DNA of 64,000 nucleotides from an uncultured delta proteobacterium (lineage in GTDB: Bacteria > Desulfobacterota > Desulfobacteria > Desulfobacterales > B30-G6): positions 384,001-448,000 of the forward strand of contig CAWGLD010000005.1 of assembly GCA_963823335.1 (NCBI GenBank), given 5' to 3'. Under the pieces are notes generated by a model. That model worked only from the letters and a program-made list of their open reading frames with translations. It had not been told where the DNA came from and did not search any database. Of the stretch, positions 56,452 to 64,000 are shown in pieces; the stretch's first letter is position 1; each line of letters opens with the position of its first letter. The position numbers were made by a program, and so were the translations under genes.

Positions 56452-59400
56452 GTGGAAAACGAAGTATTGCCAAGAGAAATCGTGCAACAGATATCCGGAA
56501 GTCTTGGGGACAGTAATTTTGGAGACGTACTGGTTGTTGGGGGAGGAGTCAGCGGTATTCAAGCCTCTCTTGATCTTGCCAGTGCTGGTTTTAAGGTGTA
56601 TCTGATTGAGAAAGGACCGAGCATTGGTGGACATATGGCCCAGCTCGACAAGACCTTTCCAACCAATGACTGCTCCATGTGAATTCTCTCTCCCAAACTG
56701 GTCGAGGTCGGCCGGCATCCAAACATAGAGGTTTTGACATATACCGAAGTTAATGGTGTAGATGGAGAGTCAGGCGATTTCAAAGTGTCCCTGACCCAGA
56801 AACCAAGATATATCATTGAGGAAAAATGTACGGGTTGTACGACCTGCGTGGAGTATTGTCCGGTTGAGTACCCTGATCACTTCAACCAGGAAATATCGAA
56901 GAATAAAGCCGTCCACGTATACTTCTCTCAGGCAATTCCCCTAATTACCTATATCGATGAAAGCTGTCTTTTCCTTAAAGAGAAAAAATGTGATATCTGC
57001 AGAAGCGTTTGCAAGACCGGCGCCATTGATTTCAACCAAACAGCGAAGACGTTAGAGGTAAAGGTCGGGGCCATAATTCTGTCAACCGGCATTGAACCTT
57101 TTGATCCCAAGGTGAAAGATGAGTATTACTACGGTAAGATGGACAATGTGGTCACCAGTATGGACTATGAACGGCTGTTATCCTCCACCGGGCCTTATGA
57201 AGGTAAGGTGTTGCGTACTTCCGACCAGAAACATCCCCAGAAAATTGCCTGGATTCAATGCGTCGGTTCCAGACGGGTAACCCTGAACGAGAACAGCTAT
57301 TGTTCAGGTGTTTGCTGTACTTATACGCAGAAGCAGGTGATTCTGACAAAAGATCATGAAACGGAAACTGCGTGCACCATATTCCATAACGATATTCGTT
57401 CACATGGTAAGGATTTTGAACGATACTACCAAAGAGCGGAGCAGCTTCCCGGGGTCCGGTTTATAAGAAGCTATGCATCGATAATAAGAGAGATCCCGGA
57501 AAGCAAAAATGTTGTCGTAAGATACGCGACACCTGACCAGGGTGTCAAAGAAGAAGAATTCGATATGGTGGTATTGTCCGTTGGATTGAATCCATCGGCA
57601 GATCATGAGGCACTGGCTGATAAATTTGGAATCGAACTCAATTCGCACGGATTTTCCAAATCAACGCATGCCAATCCCATGTCGACCACCCGGCCTGGAA
57701 TTTTTGTAAGTGGCGCATTTCAGGGGCCAACCGATATTCCCGAATCTGTTTTCAGTGCCAGTGCGGCTGGTGCCCAATGTGGTGAATCCCTTGACTACAG
57801 GCGTGGGAAACTGGCCAAGGAAAGGATATATCCAATTGAAAGGGATGTCTCCCAGGAGGCACCGAAGATAGGCGTCTTTGTGTGTCATTGCGGGGCGAAT
57901 ATCGGCAGCGTGGTCAATGTTCCTTCCACTGTTGAATATGCCTTAACTTTACCTAATGTTGTTTATGCTCAGGAACAGTTGTTTTCATGTGCCACCAATT
58001 CGGCCGAGGAGATCACCAGTCTTGCCAAGGAGAAAGGGCTCAATCGTGTGGTTATCGGTGCCTGCTCTCCCAGGACCCTCGAACCGTTATTCCGGGACAC
58101 CCTTCGGGAAGCAGGTTTGAATCAGTACTACTGTGATATGGCGAATATCAGGGAACATTGCTCCTGGGTCCACTCCAAGCAAAAGGAAGCCGCAACTGAA
58201 AAGGCAAAAGATATCATCCGCATGTCGGTGGCACGGGCGCGTTATTTGGAGCCATTACAGGAATTTGACCTGCCCGTAAACAAGAGAGCCCTGGTGGTCG
58301 GTGGCGGTATAGCCGGTATGACCTGTGCACTTTCTATCGCCAGCCAGGGGCATGAAGTTCACCTGGTTGAAAAGGATAAAGACCTGGGGGGAATGGCACG
58401 CAGAATTCACACCACCCTGGAAGGAATGGATGTTCAAGCCTATTTGAATGATGTGATACGTGCAGTTTATAACAACCCCTTGATACATGTATCCCATGAA
58501 GCCACCATCAAGGAAGTTGCCGGTTATGTGGGGAACTTCATTACCACGCTGGAAACTGAAGGCCGGCTTAAACAGATAAAACACGGTGCTTCCATTATCG
58601 CCATTGGTGCTGATGTGTATCAACCTACCGAGTACTTATACGGTACAAACGATCAGGTTTTCACCCACATCGAGCTGGGCGAACAAATCGCCAAGGGTGA
58701 AGAAAAGGTTTTAAATGCCAAGAGTCTGGTGATGATTCAATGTGTTGGCTGCAGAAATGAGGACAGAAATTACTGTAGCAGGGTATGTTGCAGTCATGCC
58801 GTAAAAAATGCCTTGAAACTAAAAGAGCAGAATCCCAGGATGGACATCTATATCATCTTCCGGGATATGAGAACGTATGGGTTCAGGGAGGATTATTATC
58901 GGGAAGCGTCAGAGAAAGAGGTCAGGTTCATCCGTTACGAACCGGATGATCCTCCCCAGGTGGAAGCTGTTGAAGAGGGTGGCCGGTCAATTATAAGAGT
59001 AACCGTCCCTGATCCCATATTAGGCCAACGGCTTGAGTTGGACGCCGATGTTCTTTCATTGGCTGCTGCGGTCATTCCCTCCGCATCGACAAAGGAAATG
59101 GCCGGATTATTCAAGGTAACATTGAGCCCGGACAACTTTTTCAAAGAAGCCCATGTCAAATTAAAACCTGTCGAGTTTGCTGCAGACGGCGTGTTCCTTT
59201 GTGGGACGGCTCACTATCCCAAGCACATACCGGAAACGATTAGCCAGGCTTATGGCGCTGCGGGCCGGGTTTTAACGCTTCTCTCAAAAGATACCGTTGT
59301 AGCTTCAGGATCTGTTTGCGAAGTGAATGAGCACAATTGCGTCTCGTGTGGTGCGTGTATTACCGCTTGCACCTATGATGCCATAGAATTTGTCGATACG

Positions 59401-59550
59401 CCCAAAGGTCTAAAGGCCTGGGTCAATCCGATTCTTTGTAAGGGGGATGGCGTCTGTAACGCAAAATGTCCCACCAATGCGATTGTGTTAAAGCATTTTA
59501 CCGATGAAGAGCTAATGAGCCAGATTGATGCAGCGGCTGAACTGGTATAG
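56452..59550 (+). CDS. bamE: HdrA-like flavin/Fe-S subunit, selenoprotein (TGA 56680-56682 = Sec77)
   Basis: ORFs 56452-56682 and 56734-59550 are in frame; [11 protein letters not shown][U]ILSPKL places TGA at the conserved HdrA Cys; two FAD GGGxxG motifs. Confidence 0.9.
56698..56715 (+). promoter_or_regulatory. SECIS-like hairpin in bamE
   Basis: CTGGTCG-AGGT-CGGCCGG stem-loop starting 15 nt after the TGA, with G in the apical loop. Confidence 0.65.
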
Positions 59551-59595
59551 ACGTATAAGCCATTTTTGAGACGTTAAACTAGGAGATGAAAATTA

Positions 59596-60363
59596 ATGAG
59601 TACAGATGCGCAATTCAATCCAAGGATACTCGGTTTTGTATGTCATTGGTGAGCATACGGCGCTGCCGACCTGGCTGGAGTTTCCAGACTGCAATATACA
59701 AATGAAATCAGGCTTATTCGCGTTATGTGTTCCGGCAGAGTCGATTTGGAATTTATTCTCAGAGCCTTCTCAAATGGACAAGACGGGGTGTTTATCGGTG
59801 GCTGCCGACTAAACGAATGCAATTATGTTACGCATGGAAACTACGATGCATTAAGCAACACACATATATGTAGAAAAATAGTGAAGCATATTGGCCTGAA
59901 CCCGGAAAGGCTGAGTATCGAATTCATGTCCGGCGCTGATGGGAATCTTCTGGCGGAAGTTACAAATAAATTCACCGAGAAGGTGAGGGCTTTAGGTCCT
60001 ATTGGCGATGGTGAAGGAATAGACAAAAACAGATTGAAGTTCAATCTTGAAGCGCTTAGGAAATTGGTTCCCTACATTAAACTTGTCGAAAGAGAAAAGC
60101 TGAGAGTGCCTTTTAAATCAGAAAAAGCATATAATGATTTTTACGAAAGCGACGAGGTCAACAGATTATTCAATGAGATAATCAGTGATAAACTGGCAAT
60201 AAGCCAAATCATGTTATTGTTGGAAGAAAAACCCCTCTCAACGAGCGACATCTCTGAAAAACTAGGTCTAAATCCATCTGAAGTGTCAAAGCATATGAGT
60301 CATTCATCCATGCATGGATTGGTGAGATACGATGTGAACCGGAATTGCTATGCTATTGCATAG
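59596..60363 (+). CDS. bamF: MvhD-like subunit, selenoprotein (TGA 59650-59652 = Sec19), with C-terminal winged HTH
   Basis: MSTDAQFNPRILGFVCHW[U]AYGAADLAG..RLQY...IRVMCSGRV; in frame with ORF 59725-60363; AGGAG SD upstream. Confidence 0.9.
59675..59687 (+). promoter_or_regulatory. SECIS-like hairpin in bamF
   Basis: CTGGA-GTT-TCCAG about 22 nt after the TGA. Confidence 0.5.
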
Positions 60364-60394
60364 GTTTTATGTTTCCGGTGTTAAAACATAAACA

Positions 60395-60490
60395 ATAAGA
60401 CGAAAACCGGAAAACACGAAATTTAACAAGGGTAATAATTTTGAGGTGCAATATTTATCGTGGTTTCGTCCTTTCGTGATTTAGCGATGA
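60395..60490. repeat. Repeat family A, degenerate copy
   Basis: GACGAAAACCGGAAAACACGAAATT...TCGTGGTTTCGTCCTTTCGTGATTT. Confidence 0.7.
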
Positions 60491-60535
60491 AATCAGCATG
60501 ACTTAAACATAAAGGTCAGGATTGGGAAAGCGCTT

Positions 60536-60988
60536 ATGGATATGGATAGAATCGATCAGATTATTGATAAACACCAAGGTGAAGCAAGTTCCTTAATTCA
60601 AATATTACTGGATATTCAAAGCGAAAACCACTGGCTTCCCAAAGAAGCGTTGGAAAGAGTCCGCGAAAAGCTTGACGTTCCTACTAGCCGGATACAGCAT
60701 ATCGCCACCTTTTATAAGGCCTTCAGTTTGGTTCCAAAAGGACGCCACGAAGTTCATATTTGTGTGGGTACTGCCTGCCATGTTCGCGGTGCGACACGCA
60801 TCCTCGACACGGTGGAAGAAGCAACTGGAATCAAATCCGGAGAAACCGACCTGGATTTGAAATTTAGCCTGGAAACGGTTAATTGTCTCGGTTGCTGTGC
60901 CTTAGGTCCCGTATTGGAAGTCGATGGCAAGGTTCATGGTAAGATGTCGCCGGTCAAAACAGCCGATGTATTAAAAAATTATACGTAG
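60536..60988 (+). CDS. bamG: NuoE/HoxE-like 2Fe-2S subunit
   Basis: CVGTACHVRG and VNCLGCC. Confidence 0.9.
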   Translation: MDMDRIDQIIDKHQGEASSLIQILLDIQSENHWLPKEALERVREKLDVPTSRIQHIATFYKAFSLVPKGRHEVHICVGTACHVRGATRILDTVEEATGIKSGETDLDLKFSLETVNCLGCCALGPVLEVDGKVHGKMSPVKTADVLKNYT

Positions 60989-60997
60989 GGGAGAATT

Positions 60998-62926
60998 ATG
61001 GCGCGGTTTAACTCGCCTGAAGATTTAGAGAACTTCAGACAAGAGATATTATCAAAAAGAGACCCAAACAAACCTTGCATTTCCATATGTGCCGGTGCGG
61101 GTTGTATTGCATCCGGTGCGGATGAAGTTATAACGGCCTTTAGAGCAGAAATTGAGAAAGAGGGTTTACAGGCTGAAGTGCACACCAAAGGGACCGGGTG
61201 CCCTGGATTTTGTGAGAGAGGGCCCGTTGTGGTTATTTATCCCCAGGAGATATGCTATCTCCAGGTAACGGCCGGAGATGTTCCCGAGATTATCTCCCAG
61301 ACCATAAAAGAGAAGAAGGTCGTTGATCGTCTGCTCTACAAGGACCCTGTCACAGGAGAACGGGCCATCCATGAATCCGATATTGCTTTTTACAACAGTC
61401 AACAGCGCACAGTTCTCTGTAATAATATCAAGGTCGATTCCAGGAGCATCGATGACTATTTGGCCATAGATGGTTATTCTGCATTGGCCAAAGCCCTTTC
61501 ACAGATGACCGCTGTAGACGTATTGGAGGAGGTCAAAAAGTCCAACCTGAGAGGAAGAGGCGGGGCCGGTTTTCCCGCCGGGAGAAAGTGGGAAGGATCC
61601 CGCAACGCCCCTGAACCAATTAAATATGTGATTGTCAACGCCGATGAGGGTGACCCTGGGGCATTTATGGATAGAGCGCTTCTTGAAGGAAATCCTCATT
61701 CCATCCTTGAGGGCTTGATCATCGGTGGTTATGCCATCGGCTCTAACGAGGGCTATATTTATGTTCGACAAGAATACCCCCTGGCAGTAAAGAACATAAC
61801 TCTCGCCATCAAACAGGCCGAAGCCTATGGGCTGCTGGGGAAAAATATTCTTGGTTCAGGTTTTGAATTCAACGTGTTTGTGCACCAGGGGGCCGGCGCT
61901 TTTGTGTGTGGCGAATCAACTGCGCTGATGACGGCACTGGAAGGGAGGGTCGGAGAACCTCGACCAAAGTATGTCCGCTCCAACGTCAAGGGGCTCTGGC
62001 AAAGACCCAGCGTGTTGAACAATGTCGAAACATGGGCCAATGTGCCGCTCATCATCAATAATGGTGCGGACTGGTTTACCCAAATTGGCACCGAAGGCAG
62101 CAAGGGCACGAAGATCTTTTCTCTGGTCGGTAAGATAACCAATACAGGGCTTGTGGAAGTGCCCATGGGCATGACCCTGAAAGATATCATCTACAAGATC
62201 GGAGGGGGTATCCCTGGTGGCAAGAAATTCAAAGCAGTTCAGACCGGAGGACCTTCCGGGGGGTGTATTCCAGAGAGCCAGTTGGATTTGGAAGTTGGAT
62301 TCGATGAACTTACCAAGGCCGGCTCAATGATGGGATCCGGGGGGATGATTGTCATGGATGAAGATACCTGTATGGTGGATGTTGCCAGGTATTTCATTAA
62401 CTTTCTTACGGATGAATCCTGCGGCAAATGCGTGCCCTGCCGTGAAGGTCTTCGTCAGATGCATCGGATTCTGACGAATATCACTCAAGGAAAGGGCAAA
62501 GAGAGTGACATAGAACTTTTAGAGACGCTGTCTGAGACAGCCGTTGAAGCCTCTCTTTGTGCTTTAGGTAAAAGTGCCCCGAACCCTTTTCTGAGCACCT
62601 TACGCTACTTCAGGGATGAGTATGAGGCCCATATCAAAGAGAAACGATGCCCGGCCCTGTCCTGTAAAGAACTGATCGCTTTCTATATTGAGCCGGGTAA
62701 GTGCCAGGCTTGCGGGATCTGCTATAAGAAGTGCCCTGCAGAGGCCATATACGGCGGCAAGAAAAAAATCCATATCATTGACCAGGAAAAATGCACCACC
62801 TGTGGTACCTGCTTTGAAGTTTGTCCTTCACGATTTGGTGCGGTGATAAAAATATCAGGCGAACCTGTTCCATTGCCTATCCCTGAAGAAGAAAGAATTA
62901 TAATTCGAAAGAGCAAAGAAAAATGA
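60998..62926 (+). CDS. bamH: NuoF/HoxF-like FMN/NADH-binding subunit
   Basis: GRGGAGFP, NADEGDPG, GAGAFVCGE and SCGKCVPCREG; C-terminal 2x4Fe-4S. Confidence 0.92.
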   Translation: MARFNSPEDLENFRQEILSKRDPNKPCISICAGAGCIASGADEVITAFRAEIEKEGLQAEVHTKGTGCPGFCERGPVVVIYPQEICYLQVTAGDVPEIISQTIKEKKVVDRLLYKDPVTGERAIHESDIAFYNSQQRTVLCNNIKVDSRSIDDYLAIDGYSALAKALSQMTAVDVLEEVKKSNLRGRGGAGFPAGRKWEGSRNAPEPIKYVIVNADEGDPGAFMDRALLEGNPHSILEGLIIGGYAIGSNEGYIYVRQEYPLAVKNITLAIKQAEAYGLLGKNILGSGFEFNVFVHQGAGAFVCGESTALMTALEGRVGEPRPKYVRSNVKGLWQRPSVLNNVETWANVPLIINNGADWFTQIGTEGSKGTKIFSLVGKITNTGLVEVPMGMTLKDIIYKIGGGIPGGKKFKAVQTGGPSGGCIPESQLDLEVGFDELTKAGSMMGSGGMIVMDEDTCMVDVARYFINFLTDESCGKCVPCREGLRQMHRILTNITQGKGKESDIELLETLSETAVEASLCALGKSAPNPFLSTLRYFRDEYEAHIKEKRCPALSCKELIAFYIEPGKCQACGICYKKCPAEAIYGGKKKIHIIDQEKCTTCGTCFEVCPSRFGAVIKISGEPVPLPIPEEERIIIRKSKEK

Positions 62927-63513
62927 GTGAAATCTTTTTACAGATAGATGGAAAAGAAGTGAAAACAACCGAAGGAACGACCGTCCTGGAGGCCGCCCAA
63001 AGTGCGGGAATCTATATTCCCACGCTCTGTCACCACGAAAAGCTGGAACCGTTTGGGGGTTGCCGAATTTGCATCGTGGAAGTAGAATCGCGCGGCTGGA
63101 CCAGGCTCGTTGTTTCCTGTGTTTACCCGGTGGAAGACAAATTGATCGTCAAAACCAGATCCGCGAAAATCGATAGAATACGCAAAACCATTTTAGAGCT
63201 ATTGCTGGCTCATGCCCCGAACTCACGGGTCTTGCAGGATCTGGCTCAGGCGTATGGAGCAGAAAAAAACCGTTTCCCAAAAGAAACCTCGTTTTGTATT
63301 CATTGCGGTCTATGTGTAAGATACTGTGCCGAGGTCAAGAAGAAGAACGCTGTTGGATTCGTTGACAGAGGGATAAGTAAAGAGATCAGTTTTATTCCGG
63401 AAATTGCCTCTAAGGAATGCAATGACTGCAAGGAGTGTTTTCCCCTCTGTCCAACATCGTATCTTCAGGCGGCTTTTGTTTTGACCCAAGCCCTTGCGTT
63501 CGCTAAACAATAA
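62923..63513 (+). CDS. bamI: NuoG N-terminus-like Fe-S subunit
   Basis: IPTLC...GCRIC...SC, CIHCGLCVRYC and CNDCKECFPLCP. Confidence 0.9.
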   Translation: MSEIFLQIDGKEVKTTEGTTVLEAAQSAGIYIPTLCHHEKLEPFGGCRICIVEVESRGWTRLVVSCVYPVEDKLIVKTRSAKIDRIRKTILELLLAHAPNSRVLQDLAQAYGAEKNRFPKETSFCIHCGLCVRYCAEVKKKNAVGFVDRGISKEISFIPEIASKECNDCKECFPLCPTSYLQAAFVLTQALAFAKQ

Positions 63514-63549
63514 GCCATAAGCTGTAAGCAGCTCATAGCTTACAGCTTA
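63511..63549. repeat. Repeat family D 7-nt-period inverted repeat
   Basis: TAAGCCATAAGCTGTAAGC-AGCTCATAGCTTACAGCTTA starting at the bamI stop. Confidence 0.7.
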
Positions 63550-63633
63550 AAAGTGTTTTCGTGAAGATGTTCAGCTAAAAACCCAATACCTAAAAATCTA
63601 TTTATGGAATAGCTAAAAAAGCAGGAGGATATT

Positions 63634-64000
63634 TTGAAAATTCTCACAACAGTAAAAAAAGTAGTTGATGTGGAATTGACCCTCCACGTTGAGAACGGTG
63701 CCATCGTTGAAGACGGTTTGCAGTATGTCATGAATGCCTGGGATGAAAACGCGGTGGAGGCCACGGTACAACTCAAGGAAAATAGCAACGCCGAAACAAC
63801 TCTGGTCAGTATCGGTGGCGGTGAAGAAAACACTAAAATTATTCGCAAAGGCTTTGCCATGGGCATTGAAAACGGGATTCAGATCGATGATCCGGCCTTG
63901 GACAAGGCGGACGCATCCATCTTTGCCAAGGTACTGCAAAAAGTCTATGAGAAGGGAAACTATGATCTTGTTATCCTGGGAAAACAGGCCCAGGATACCG
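63634..64000 (+). CDS. etfB: Electron transfer flavoprotein beta subunit (truncated at window edge)
   Basis: Not in the ORF track; TTG start after AGGAGG: MKILTTVKKVVD...MNAWDENAVEA...AMG...DLVILGKQAQD. Confidence 0.9.
   Translation, partial: MKILTTVKKVVDVELTLHVENGAIVEDGLQYVMNAWDENAVEATVQLKENSNAETTLVSIGGGEENTKIIRKGFAMGIENGIQIDDPALDKADASIFAKVLQKVYEKGNYDLVILGKQAQDT

Noticed and set aside
56452-56733. bamE and bamF as pseudogenes
   Set aside because: Both stops are in-frame TGA at conserved Cys positions with downstream hairpins; Sec recoding is the better explanation.

Overview
Chromosomal segment of a probable Desulfobacterales-type, sulfate-reducing deltaproteobacterium; the taxonomy is inferred from gene content. 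Positions 1-49.9 kb are mostly core genes: pyrD; an ilvBNC-cimA-leuA operon with an unannotated Ile/Leu/Val leader-peptide attenuator; topA/dprA; yajC-secDF; purB; RNase E/G; leuS-lptE; rpsT; murJ-ftsB; coaBC-udg; nfeD-SPFH; xerC; argD-argH; lysA-dapF-folK-pgsA; tRNA-Gly and tRNA-Cys. An AspBHI/MspJI-type modification-dependent restriction gene is truncated at the left edge. An accessory block at 28.5-35.5 kb carries a bacterial protein strikingly similar to eukaryotic EHD ATPases. After tRNA-Cys come an uncharacterised metallophosphoesterase plus ParB/Srx-DUF4032-Lrp ligand-domain gene pair and a complete class II (tungsten) benzoyl-CoA reductase cluster, bamBCDEFGHI, followed by a partial etfB. 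bamE and bamF each have an in-frame TGA with a SECIS-like hairpin (selenocysteine), so the ORF track splits them. Intergenic spaces hold at least five families of short dispersed palindromic or periodic repeats. Family assignments come from recognising motifs by eye; no searches were run.
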